Below are positions 15,045-24,450 of a stretch of DNA of 37,638 bases, in pieces. A program made the position numbers and the translations under genes. The notes beneath the pieces were generated by a model that saw only the letters and a list, made by a program, of their open reading frames with translations, was not told the DNA's origin and ran no database searches. Source of the DNA: an uncultured Bacteroidales bacterium (GTDB lineage: Bacteria; Bacteroidota; Bacteroidia; Bacteroidales; UBA7960); the NCBI GenBank assembly GCA_964465275.1, contig CAYXIT010000012.1, positions 1 to 37,638 of the forward strand, read 5' to 3'. Numbering within the stretch: position 1 is the first letter of the stretch; every line of letters starts with the position of its first letter.

Positions 15045-17168
15045 ATGAACAAAAAAAGCACTTATTTATTCATTTTGTTTGCAATACCTGTTATTATGGT
15101 TCAATGTAAACAAGACCGTCAAATCAATTATCCTGAAACAAGGATGGACGATGTAACCGACAACTATTTCGGTGTGGAAGTTGCCGATCCTTTCAGATGG
15201 CTGGAAGATGACAACTCAGAAGAAACCAAAGCCTGGGTAAAAGCCCAGAATGAAATTACTTTCGGATATCTGGAGAAAATTCCTTTTCGCCAGGATATAA
15301 ATGAAAGACTAACATCATTGTGGAACTACGAAAGGTATGGAACGCCATGGCGAGAGGGTGATTACTATTTCTATTTTAAAAACGACGGAACCCAAAACCA
15401 GAGTGTTTTGTACGTGCGTGAAGGCATTGATGGAGAACCGCGTGTGTTCCTTGACCCCAATGAAATGTCAGACGAAGGTATTATTTCTTTGAGCCGTTTG
15501 AGTGTTTCAAAAGACGGTAAGTATATGGCTTACAGTATTTCAAAAGGAGGATCAGACTGGAATGAGATCTTCGTAAAAGAGATTGAAACCGGAGAAATGC
15601 TGGATGACCATGTAAAATGGGTAAAATTCAGCGGAATTTCGTGGCAGGGAGATGGTTTTTATTACAGCCGGTATGATGAACCTGTCCCTGGCGAAGAACT
15701 ATCCGGATCGAACGAATTTCAGAAAGTGTATTATCACAAGCTTGGAACACCCCAGGAAGAAGATCTTCTGATTTATTATAACCCCAACTATCCGAAGCGC
15801 AATTATGGTGGGGGTACCACTGAAGATGAGCGGTTTGTTATTCTTAGCGAATCACAAAGCACCAGCGGAAATGCCATATACATAAAAGATAATACTCAAC
15901 CCGGTGGCGATTTCAAAAAAATCATTGACGGTTTTGAATTCACCAACAGTGTTATTGACCATGTTGACGGCCGGCTACTGTTACTTACCAACCATTCTGC
16001 TCCTCGTTACAGATTGGTATCCATTGATCCGCAAAGGCCTGATCCGACAAACTGGAAAGAGATCATACCCGAGAATGAAAATGTGCTCAGGTCAATAAGA
16101 TTGATAGGAGGAAAAATCATAAGCGTATACCTTGTGGATGCCCACAGCAAAGCATATGTTCATGAAATGAACGGAACGCAGATTGCTGAAATTGATTTCC
16201 CCGTACCAGGTACAGTAGGCGGTTTCAGTGGTAAAAAGGATGATGATATCGCTTTTTTCAGTTTCACATCATTTACATATCCGTCAACAATTTTCAAGTT
16301 TGATATTGCAGAAAATGAATATGAACCTTACTTTACATCCGATGTTGATTTTCAGCCCGAAGAATATGAAACAAAACAGATATTCTATACAAGCAAAGAC
16401 GGTACACAGGTTCCTATGTTCATTGTGTATAAAAAAGGAATGGAATTAAATGGTGATAACCCTACCCTGCTTTATGGCTATGGTGGTTTTAATTCAAGTT
16501 TAACTCCGAATTTCAGTATTTCGCGCTTAATCCTGCTGGAAAATAACGGTATATATGCCATGGCAAATATAAGGGGTGGCGGCGAATACGGACGTGAATG
16601 GCATGAAGCAGGAAAACAACTAAACCGGCAAAATGTATTTGATGATTTCATTGCCGCCGCCGAATATCTTATTGGTCAGGGCTATACAAGTTCAGAAAAG
16701 CTGGCCATACAAGGTGGTTCAAATGGCGGACTCCTGGTAGGTGCTGCCATGACACAACGCCCCGATCTGTTTAAAGTGGCCCTGCCGGCAGTGGGAGTAA
16801 TGGATATGTTACGTTATCATCTCTTCACCATCGGATGGGCATGGGCCGACGACTATGGTACCAGCAATGAAGAGGAGCACTTCCATAACTTATACTCTTA
16901 TTCGCCGCTGCACAATATCAGCGAAGGGGTAAATTATCCTGCAACATTGGTTACTACAGCTGATCATGACGACAGAGTAGTGCCGGCACACAGTTTTAAA
17001 TTTATTTCCGAACTGCAACGTAAACATGAAGGAGTAAATCCGGTCCTTATCAGGGTAGATGTAGATGCAGGCCATGGAGCAGGAAAACCCATGTCGAAGA
17101 TCATTGAAGAGCAAACAGATATATGGTCGTTTGTTTTTTACAACATGCAGGTTACTCCTGAATATTAG
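15045..17168 (+). CDS. Prolyl oligopeptidase (S9A prolyl endopeptidase), lipoprotein-type signal
   Basis: 707 aa. The N-terminal propeller region opens with DPFRWLEDD. The catalytic Ser motif is GGSNGGLLVGA, the Asp is in TTADHDDRVVP and the His is in DAGHGAGKP. The signal ends in IMVQC. Confidence 0.9.
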   Translation: MNKKSTYLFILFAIPVIMVQCKQDRQINYPETRMDDVTDNYFGVEVADPFRWLEDDNSEETKAWVKAQNEITFGYLEKIPFRQDINERLTSLWNYERYGTPWREGDYYFYFKNDGTQNQSVLYVREGIDGEPRVFLDPNEMSDEGIISLSRLSVSKDGKYMAYSISKGGSDWNEIFVKEIETGEMLDDHVKWVKFSGISWQGDGFYYSRYDEPVPGEELSGSNEFQKVYYHKLGTPQEEDLLIYYNPNYPKRNYGGGTTEDERFVILSESQSTSGNAIYIKDNTQPGGDFKKIIDGFEFTNSVIDHVDGRLLLLTNHSAPRYRLVSIDPQRPDPTNWKEIIPENENVLRSIRLIGGKIISVYLVDAHSKAYVHEMNGTQIAEIDFPVPGTVGGFSGKKDDDIAFFSFTSFTYPSTIFKFDIAENEYEPYFTSDVDFQPEEYETKQIFYTSKDGTQVPMFIVYKKGMELNGDNPTLLYGYGGFNSSLTPNFSISRLILLENNGIYAMANIRGGGEYGREWHEAGKQLNRQNVFDDFIAAAEYLIGQGYTSSEKLAIQGGSNGGLLVGAAMTQRPDLFKVALPAVGVMDMLRYHLFTIGWAWADDYGTSNEEEHFHNLYSYSPLHNISEGVNYPATLVTTADHDDRVVPAHSFKFISELQRKHEGVNPVLIRVDVDAGHGAGKPMSKIIEEQTDIWSFVFYNMQVTPEY

Positions 17169-17184
17169 ATATTCTTTAAGGCTC

Positions 17185-17238
17185 AAAAAAAACAGGAGGA
17201 TGTCTTAAAAATCATGACATCCTCCTGTTTTTCTTTTT
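17185..17238. terminator. Bidirectional rho-independent terminator between prolyl oligopeptidase and S46 peptidase genes
   Basis: A perfect 13-bp stem pairs ACAGGAGGATGTC (17192-17204) with GACATCCTCCTGT (17216-17228). The loop is 11 nt, with A8 upstream and TTTTTCTTTTT downstream. Confidence 0.85.
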
Positions 17239-17254
17239 AATCAATCTGCTTTGA

Positions 17255-19408
17255 TTACCGCACTATGGTCATTTCCTCAATGAGATGATTTGCACCGGCA
17301 AATTTTTCAATAACAAAAAGGATGTAACGGGCATCCACGTTAATGCATCGTTGCGTTTCGTGCTCAAAAAGGATATCACCACTCATCGCTTCCCAGTTTC
17401 CGTCAAAAGCCAGTCCGATGAGGTTACCCTCTCCGTCTAGTACCGGACTTCCTGAGTTACCACCGGTAATATCGTTATTGGAAATAAAGTTTACGATCAT
17501 TGTATCATCTGTTCCATACTCACCAAAATCCTTGTCTCTGATAAGATCAATCAATTCATCGTGTACCACAAATTCATGATGATCGGGGTCTCTCTTTTCA
17601 ATGATACCATTTACAGTAGTAACATAATCGTAATAAACAGCATCGGCAGGATGATAACCCCCTACAAAACCGTATGTAAACCGCATGGTACTGTTGGCAT
17701 CGGGATAAAACAATCCGTCGGGGTTCATTTCCCTTAGTCCGCGGATAAAATACCGGTTGGCATTGACAAGCATATCATCATATTGTGCCATTTGTTGCTG
17801 AATGCCGTTATGATTTTCAAACATTTCAATTGCCATGCGATACACCCAATCACGCTGAAGTGACTTTAAGGATGGTTTGGCAAGAAAATTCTTCAGATTA
17901 TCTGCATTGGCAAATATTGATTTTTTATAAACATCCTGTGCAAACTTTTCATAATCACCTTTGAACCGTTTTTCAACTTCATTCATGATTTCAGGCCTAA
18001 GCTGATCAGGCACTTCACGGTTATAGATTTTCATCATGGCAGCCCACAATCTTCTGTCGACATTTTCGTCATAGTTACGATATAATCTTTCAACAGAAGC
18101 CTGCAGCTTTTCAATTTCTTCCTGTATCTCCTGCTGCCCTGCATCTTCATCAAGTAACCTTTCAAGGGTTCTGTAACTAAGGGCAGTGCGTATTACTTCG
18201 GGTCCGGTTAAAACAGCTTCAAAAAAAATGTAATTATGTGAATGAAAACCTTCATATCCATTGTAGGCATCTTCGAACATCGTTAAAACATTGCCATAAG
18301 TTTCCTTTCGTGATGCATCCTGCTCTACCCATGCCCTGAAATCATCTTCGAGTTCTTTTTTGGTATCAGCCACATTGAGTCGTTTCAGTGCATTGCTCTT
18401 TCCTATAAAATTTTTCCAGTAGTTAGAAATACCGGATTGTTTTGATGCATATTTGATCCTTACTTCATCGCTTGATGCCATGGCTTCTTCAATGATATCG
18501 AGTTTTTTGCGACGTATCTCAATACGGATAGGAAACTCATTTTCCAGTTTATAACCGATACCCATAGAAGTAAGATATCTTTCGGTTGAACCGGGGAAAC
18601 CCAAAATCATTGCAAAATCTCCTTCCTTTACTCCTCTTATTGAAACAGGTAAATGATGTCTGGGTTTGAGGGGTACATTATCGGGAGAATATGCTGCGGG
18701 GGAACCATCAGGAGCTGTATATACCCTAAAGAGAGCAAAGTCGCCGGTATGGCGCGGCCACATCCAGTTATCTGTATCTCCACCAAATTTTCCAATTGCT
18801 GAAGGTGGAGCACCCACCATTCTTACATCATTAAACCTTTCATAAACGAAAAGGTAATATTCATTGCCTGCAAACATCGACCTCACATTGGCCTGGTAAT
18901 GGGTTTCTTCGGTTGCTTCACTAACCAAACGATTGCTAACCCGCCTTACCACATTATCTCTTTCCCTGCGATCCATATCATCGGTAAGTTCAGCCATTAT
19001 TTCATCGGTTACATCTGTTACACTAATGAGAAAGCTCACAAACAAACCGGGGTTGGGCAGCTCTTCCTCCTTTGTCATTGCCCAGAATCCATCGGTAAGA
19101 TAATCATTTTCAGGTGAACTATGTGACTGTATACGTCCATATCCACAATGGTGATTAGTAAGTACAAGCCCCTGATCAGAAATGATCTCAGCCGTACAAC
19201 CGCCGCCAAAACTCACAATGGCATCCTTGATACTGGATTGATTAATACTGAAAATCTGTTCTGGAGTGAGCTTTAAACCCATTTCCTGCATCTCTTCGTG
19301 CAGCAAACGATCAATCATGAAAGGAAGCCACATCCCTTCATCAGCCTGCGTGCGGGGAATAAATCCCAACAAAACTGCAAAAATTAATACTGCTGTTTTT
19401 TTATTCAT
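17255..19408 (-). CDS. S46-family dipeptidyl-peptidase (DPP7-like)
   Basis: 717 aa. The signal peptide is followed by DEGMWLP, the conserved mature N-terminus of S46 DPPs. The catalytic His is in LTNHHCGY and the Ser in GGNSGSPV. The C-terminal AFDGNWE has Gly at the position I recall as the specificity determinant. Confidence 0.9.
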   Translation of the reverse strand: MNKKTAVLIFAVLLGFIPRTQADEGMWLPFMIDRLLHEEMQEMGLKLTPEQIFSINQSSIKDAIVSFGGGCTAEIISDQGLVLTNHHCGYGRIQSHSSPENDYLTDGFWAMTKEEELPNPGLFVSFLISVTDVTDEIMAELTDDMDRRERDNVVRRVSNRLVSEATEETHYQANVRSMFAGNEYYLFVYERFNDVRMVGAPPSAIGKFGGDTDNWMWPRHTGDFALFRVYTAPDGSPAAYSPDNVPLKPRHHLPVSIRGVKEGDFAMILGFPGSTERYLTSMGIGYKLENEFPIRIEIRRKKLDIIEEAMASSDEVRIKYASKQSGISNYWKNFIGKSNALKRLNVADTKKELEDDFRAWVEQDASRKETYGNVLTMFEDAYNGYEGFHSHNYIFFEAVLTGPEVIRTALSYRTLERLLDEDAGQQEIQEEIEKLQASVERLYRNYDENVDRRLWAAMMKIYNREVPDQLRPEIMNEVEKRFKGDYEKFAQDVYKKSIFANADNLKNFLAKPSLKSLQRDWVYRMAIEMFENHNGIQQQMAQYDDMLVNANRYFIRGLREMNPDGLFYPDANSTMRFTYGFVGGYHPADAVYYDYVTTVNGIIEKRDPDHHEFVVHDELIDLIRDKDFGEYGTDDTMIVNFISNNDITGGNSGSPVLDGEGNLIGLAFDGNWEAMSGDILFEHETQRCINVDARYILFVIEKFAGANHLIEEMTIVR

Positions 19409-19471
19409 GTTGCTATAAAATTTGATAGATAAAGTAATTAAAACTGTTAATTATGATGGTTAAAAAATTTC

Positions 19472-20563
19472 CTAAACATACTCTTCACCCTTGAATAGTT
19501 TTATGTCATTTACAAACTTACGGATATGTTGTTCCTGCGATTTTTTACAAATTAAAAGCGCACTGTCAGATTCCGAAACAATATAATCATCGAGCCCTTG
19601 CAGGATTACGATCTTTTCCTCTGGCACGTTTACAATACAATTGTTGGTATCATACATCATAACATTCGCTCCCATCACTGCATTGTTGTTTTCATCTTTC
19701 TTTCTTACCTCATACAATGAGCCCCAGGTTCCCAGATCTGACCATCCGAAGTCAGAAATAAAAACAAACACATTCTCAGCTTTCTCCATGATGGCATAGT
19801 CAATTGATATACTTTTGCATGAAGGATATGCTTTTTCAATGTAAGGAGATTCATCAGGAGTATTGTATAACCCTATTCCTTTCTGAAAAACATAACTGAT
19901 CTCAGGCTGGAATTTCTCAAAAGCTTCAATAATGGCTTTGCACGACCATATAAATATTCCCGAATTCCAAAGGAAATCGCCACTTTGCAGGAAAGACTTT
20001 GCCAACTCTTCGTCCGGTTTTTCAGTAAAAGTCTTCACTTTTCTCAATAAATCACTTTGGCCGTATCGCGACCCGGCTACATACTGAATGTATCCGTAGC
20101 CTGTATCGGGCCGTGATGGCTTGATGCCAAGGGTATAAAAGTTTTTTTCATCGCGTGCAGCATCCATAGCAAGGCTGATGATATCGCAAAAAGCATCTTC
20201 TTTCATGATAATATGATCAGATGGAGCAACTACCATACGTGCATCCGGATTCAAATCATAAATTTTGTAAGCAGCATAAGCGATACAGGGCGCTGTATTT
20301 TTACGCGCCGGTTCGCAAACAACCTGTTCTTCTGCCATTTCATCCAGTTGTTCAAGTACCAGATCCTTGTAAATTTTATTGGTAACCACATAAATGTTTT
20401 CGGGCCTGCAAACTTTTACAAAACGGTCATAAGTTTGCTGGATCAAGGTATGTCCCGTACCCAGGATGTCAATAAACTGCTTGGGACGGCTGGTTTTGCT
20501 CATGGGCCAGAAACGTTCTCCCACACCACCGGCCATAATCACTACGTAATTGTTTTTGTCCAT
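19472..20563 (-). CDS. Mannose-1-phosphate guanylyltransferase (nucleotidyltransferase domain type, no isomerase domain)
   Basis: The N-terminal VIMAGGVGERFWPMS is the nucleotidyltransferase G-loop typical of ManC-type enzymes. The protein is 363 aa. Confidence 0.8.
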   Translation of the reverse strand: MDKNNYVVIMAGGVGERFWPMSKTSRPKQFIDILGTGHTLIQQTYDRFVKVCRPENIYVVTNKIYKDLVLEQLDEMAEEQVVCEPARKNTAPCIAYAAYKIYDLNPDARMVVAPSDHIIMKEDAFCDIISLAMDAARDEKNFYTLGIKPSRPDTGYGYIQYVAGSRYGQSDLLRKVKTFTEKPDEELAKSFLQSGDFLWNSGIFIWSCKAIIEAFEKFQPEISYVFQKGIGLYNTPDESPYIEKAYPSCKSISIDYAIMEKAENVFVFISDFGWSDLGTWGSLYEVRKKDENNNAVMGANVMMYDTNNCIVNVPEEKIVILQGLDDYIVSESDSALLICKKSQEQHIRKFVNDIKLFKGEEYV

Positions 20564-20621
20564 AATTATAAATTTTAAAAGGCAATCGGCTAATTTTTTC
20601 AGTTGCCTGACATATAATAAA

Positions 20622-21263
20622 TTAAATACTTCCTGTTTTATACTCTCCCTTTACAGGAGTGATTGTTGCCATAGGATGAAACAAATATTTTCGTTTGTTA
20701 TTCATACAGAGACAACGATATCTGGTACGAATTTTTTCTTCTTTTTTGAATATTTTTCCATTGCCAGCAACAAAATAAGAATTTTCAGGGATGTCCTCAA
20801 TAAATACTTCAGAACCATTTTTAACATCATAATTTTTTAAAGCCTTCCAAAGTACCTGATCAGATGCGAAGGTGGCCTTTACATTGTTCGAGAAATCCGA
20901 TATCGGTTTTACGAGGTCATCGGGCAGGATATTTTGAAATAAAAGCTGTTTTAGTATTGCTGAGAACTCTTGCTTCCACTGCAGTCCATGAGGGTTTATG
21001 CGGTTTCTGTATTTATTCCATACCAGCAGGTGTGCAAATTCATGAAGAAAAACCAGATAGAGAAACCACGGATTCAGATTGCCGTTTACAGTGATCCGGT
21101 GTGTACTGCTCTTTTTACCCGGGGGACGATAATCACCTAATTTGGTGGTTCTTTCGGTGGTAAATTTTAACTGAACGGCATACTTCGTAACATAACCTGC
21201 AACCTGATCGATGGTTTGGGCAGGAAAATACCGCATGAGAATTTCTTTATACCTGTTCTGCAT
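20622..21263 (-). CDS. SprT-like zinc metallopeptidase domain protein
   Basis: 213 aa with an HExxH motif in FLHEFAHLLVW. The preceding region resembles the SprT N-terminal fold (FTTERTTKLGDY). Confidence 0.65.
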   Translation of the reverse strand: MQNRYKEILMRYFPAQTIDQVAGYVTKYAVQLKFTTERTTKLGDYRPPGKKSSTHRITVNGNLNPWFLYLVFLHEFAHLLVWNKYRNRINPHGLQWKQEFSAILKQLLFQNILPDDLVKPISDFSNNVKATFASDQVLWKALKNYDVKNGSEVFIEDIPENSYFVAGNGKIFKKEEKIRTRYRCLCMNNKRKYLFHPMATITPVKGEYKTGSI

Positions 21264-21414
21264 CAGGATAATTCGTTTCTTCCGGAATTACAGGGTTTTC
21301 TTTGCTCCACTGCGGACAGTTGCATTTACGTCCGCGCAAAATAGAGCAAGATGAAAATACCATGCTGATTATAAAAATTACGATAATGTATTTATATTTC
21401 AACTCCCTGTTCAT
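21247..21414 (-). CDS. Possible 55-aa small lipoprotein (ORF below the track size cutoff)
   Basis: Codon-by-codon manual translation gives MNRELKYKYIIVIFIISMVFSSCSILRGRKCNCPQWSKENPVIPEETNYPDAEQV*. It has an ATG start, a hydrophobic h-region and a lipobox-like FSSC. Its 3' end overlaps the sprT-like start by 17 nt on the same strand. There is no homology evidence. Confidence 0.3.
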   Translation of the reverse strand: MNRELKYKYIIVIFIISMVFSSCSILRGRKCNCPQWSKENPVIPEETNYPDAEQV

Positions 21415-21586
21415 GTATAACATTGATTTTCATGCTCATAAACAGCATGCTGTGCTGTTTACTTATGCTACAAACCTACGGATTTTTTTTTAATTTATTA
21501 AGAGCAAAACCCTGATATAACAGGTACGATTGCCAAATAATCTAAAAAAATTGACTTAAATTCGCAAAATAGTTTTCAACAGTTTT

Positions 21587-22327
21587 ATGAAATTATTCCA
21601 ACACATAGGAAGTTATCTTTTACTGCTGGCAAGGATCTTACGCAAACCTCAAAATGCAAAGATCTATCGGCAAAAGATCATTATAGAAATGGACAATCTG
21701 GGACTGGAAAGCCTGGGTATAGTGGCCATTATTTCAGTATTTATGGGAGCTGTGGTAACCATTCAAACTGCTTTTAATACCGATCATCCCCTTCTTCCTA
21801 TATATGCTGTTGGTTTTGCTACACGGCAATCAATCATCCTGGAGTTCTCTCCAACCATTATCAGCCTGATTCTTGCCGGTAAGGTTGGCTCGCGTATTGC
21901 TTCAGAAATTGGCACTATGCGTGTAACCGAGCAAATTGATGCTCTCGAGGTTATGGGAATAAATTCAGCTGGCTATCTTATTTTACCCAAAATCATAGCG
22001 AGCATGATTGTTAATCCCATGCTTGTGGTCATCAGTATTTTTCTTGGGGTACTTGGTGGCTGGATGGCTTCAGCCGTAACCAATGTGGTGCCGCTTAGCC
22101 ATTACAGTTATGGAATTTTGTTTGAGTTTGCCCCTTACGATATTTTTTATGCATTGATAAAAACCGTAGTATTTGCATTTCTTATTGCTTCTATTTCCGG
22201 TTATTTCGGCTACAATACACGTGGTGGTGCCCTTGAAGTAGGCCATTCAAGCACAAAAGCAGTAGTTTTCAGCAGCATTTACATTATCTTCTTCAATCTC
22301 ATTCTTACACAAATTCTCCTGGTATGA
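21587..22327 (+). CDS. MlaE-family ABC transporter permease
   Basis: 246 aa and multi-TM. QIDALEVMGINSAGYLILPK is the conserved MlaE cytoplasmic loop. The stop overlaps the next start (ATGA). Confidence 0.8.
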   Translation: MKLFQHIGSYLLLLARILRKPQNAKIYRQKIIIEMDNLGLESLGIVAIISVFMGAVVTIQTAFNTDHPLLPIYAVGFATRQSIILEFSPTIISLILAGKVGSRIASEIGTMRVTEQIDALEVMGINSAGYLILPKIIASMIVNPMLVVISIFLGVLGGWMASAVTNVVPLSHYSYGILFEFAPYDIFYALIKTVVFAFLIASISGYFGYNTRGGALEVGHSSTKAVVFSSIYIIFFNLILTQILLV

Positions 22328-23070
22328 TAGAAGTAAAGGATATAAAAAAATCGTTTGAAGAGCTGGAAGTACTCAAAGGAATCAACACCAGCTTTGAACA
22401 GGGGAAAACCAATCTGATCATTGGACAGAGCGGATCAGGAAAAACTGTCTTTCTCAAATGTCTTGTGGGTTTACTTGAGCCCGACTATGGAAGTGTATAT
22501 TTTTCAGGGTTAAATTTCACTTCCATGAAAGGAAATGACCGAACCCGGATAAGAAAAAAAATGGGGGTACTTTTTCAGGGTAGTGCCCTGTTTGATTCAC
22601 TAACCGTGGAAGAGAATGTGATTTTTCCTCTTGAGATGTTCAATAAGAACATGACCCGTAAAGAAAAAGTTGACAGGGCAAATTTTTGTCTTGACAGGGT
22701 AAATATTCAAAATGCTAACCACCTTTACCCTGCTGAGATAAGTGGTGGTATGAAAAAACGGGTGGCCATTGCCCGGGCCATTGCCAATAATCCTGATTTT
22801 CTTTTCTGTGACGAACCCAACTCAGGACTTGATCCGCAAACAGCTATTGTAATAGATCAGCTCATCAGTGAAATTACCAAAGAATTTCAGATCACTACGG
22901 TTATCAATACACATGACATGAACAGTGTGATGGAAATTGGTGATCATGTAATATTTCTTTATAAAGGGAAATTATGGTGGGAAGGCAAATCAGAAGAAAT
23001 ATTAACTACCGGCAACAAAGAGGTTGAAGATTTTGTTTACGCTTCTGAATTGGTCAAGAAACTCAAATAA
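22324..23070 (+). CDS. ABC transporter ATP-binding protein (MlaF-like)
   Basis: Walker A is GQSGSGKT, the signature is ISGGMKKRVAIARA and Walker B is FLFCDEPNSGLD. LFDSLTVEENVIFPL is MlaF-like. Confidence 0.9.
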   Translation: MIEVKDIKKSFEELEVLKGINTSFEQGKTNLIIGQSGSGKTVFLKCLVGLLEPDYGSVYFSGLNFTSMKGNDRTRIRKKMGVLFQGSALFDSLTVEENVIFPLEMFNKNMTRKEKVDRANFCLDRVNIQNANHLYPAEISGGMKKRVAIARAIANNPDFLFCDEPNSGLDPQTAIVIDQLISEITKEFQITTVINTHDMNSVMEIGDHVIFLYKGKLWWEGKSEEILTTGNKEVEDFVYASELVKKLK

Positions 23071-23126
23071 TTACGGGCATACCTTGAAAGTAGTCTCCTT
23101 GCTTATATTGTCTGCCTTAAAATTAA

Positions 23127-23134
23127 TAACTTTG
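23127..23134 (+). promoter_or_regulatory. Candidate -7 promoter element (TAACTTTG) for the FtsX-type permease gene
   Basis: Exact TAnnTTTG match 20 nt upstream of the ATG at 23154, with TTG motifs about 20-28 nt further upstream. This suggests the gene is transcribed independently of mlaEF. Confidence 0.35.
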
Positions 23135-23153
23135 CAACTTCCTTTATTTCGCT

Positions 23154-24404
23154 ATGATACTATTTATAAAACTCTTAAAAGAAAGTGCCTTTTTTGCCTG
23201 GGGAAGTGTGATCACCAATAAATTACGCACCTTTCTTACGCTTCTGGGTATTACCATAGGCATTTTTGCCATAATTTCTGTTTTCAGCGTGGTTGATGCG
23301 CTGGAGAGGGGAGTTCGCAGTTCAATCGCTTCACTTGGCGAAAATGTTATTTATATTCAGAAATGGCCCTGGGAATTTAGCAATGATTATCCATGGTGGA
23401 GATATATGAACAGGCCTACACCGCGTGTGAGTGAAATGGATGAACTCATGCGCCGCACACAGGTGCTCGAGTCAGTAGTTTTTACTTCAGGAACCAGTCG
23501 CACTGTTGAATACGGAAACCGGAGTATTGACGGGGTAGAAATTTTTTCCGTATCTCACGAATATGATAAAGTGCGCACTTTCGAAATTGAAACAGGAAGA
23601 TACTTCTCACCCACAGAATCATTTAATGGTAGAAATGTAGCTATTATTGGTGCTGAAATTGCATCAAATCTTTTCAATGAAAATGATCCTACAGGTGAGA
23701 ATATAAAAATATTTGGGCGGAATATTGAAGTAATAGGGGTGTTTGCCCAGGAAGGAGAAGATACATTTGGCAGTAGCCACGATGAAATGGTTATTTTACC
23801 GGTAAATTATATGAACTCCTTTATTGATGTAAACAATGACAGATATAACCCGGCCATTCTGGCCAAAGGGAAACCAGGTTTCAGTAATGAAGAAATCATA
23901 GATGAGCTAAGGGGGGCTATGCGTGGCATCAGACGCATTAAACCTGCTGCAGAAGATAATTTCGCACTCAACCAGTCAAGCCTGCTATCTACACAGTTTG
24001 ACAGTCTGTTTACCATTATCAAAATAGCCGGTTGGATAATCGGAGGGTTTGCCATTCTGGTGGGCGGTTTTGGTATTGCCAACATAATGTTTGTTTCAGT
24101 GAAGGAAAGAACAAGCATTATTGGTATACAAAAGGCCCTTGGTGCTAAAAACTACTTTATTTTATTACAGTTTTTGGTTGAGGCCATATTTTTAAGTCTT
24201 ATGGGTGGTATTTTAGGTTTGTTACTGGTATTAGGAATATCATGGATAGCATCACAAGGAACAGAGCTCAATTTACTACTCACCTACAGCAATATAATGC
24301 TGGGTATCAATGTGTCGGTAATTATTGGCCTGATAGCCGGATTTGTACCGGCATGGTCGGCTGCAAGGCTAGATCCTGTTGAAGCTATCCGAACCAATAC
24401 ATAA
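23154..24404 (+). CDS. FtsX/MacB-type ABC transporter permease (periplasmic MacB-like domain + FtsX 3-TM domain)
   Basis: 416 aa. The N-terminal TM is LRTFLTLLGITIGIFAIISV, followed by a periplasmic domain of about 230 aa. The FtsX motif is VKERTSIIGIQKALGAKNYF, followed by three TM helices. Confidence 0.85.
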   Translation: MILFIKLLKESAFFAWGSVITNKLRTFLTLLGITIGIFAIISVFSVVDALERGVRSSIASLGENVIYIQKWPWEFSNDYPWWRYMNRPTPRVSEMDELMRRTQVLESVVFTSGTSRTVEYGNRSIDGVEIFSVSHEYDKVRTFEIETGRYFSPTESFNGRNVAIIGAEIASNLFNENDPTGENIKIFGRNIEVIGVFAQEGEDTFGSSHDEMVILPVNYMNSFIDVNNDRYNPAILAKGKPGFSNEEIIDELRGAMRGIRRIKPAAEDNFALNQSSLLSTQFDSLFTIIKIAGWIIGGFAILVGGFGIANIMFVSVKERTSIIGIQKALGAKNYFILLQFLVEAIFLSLMGGILGLLLVLGISWIASQGTELNLLLTYSNIMLGINVSVIIGLIAGFVPAWSAARLDPVEAIRTNT

Positions 24405-24450
24405 AAAATTTAATTGTTAGAGTTAATAAATAAAATACGGAAAGGAAAAA

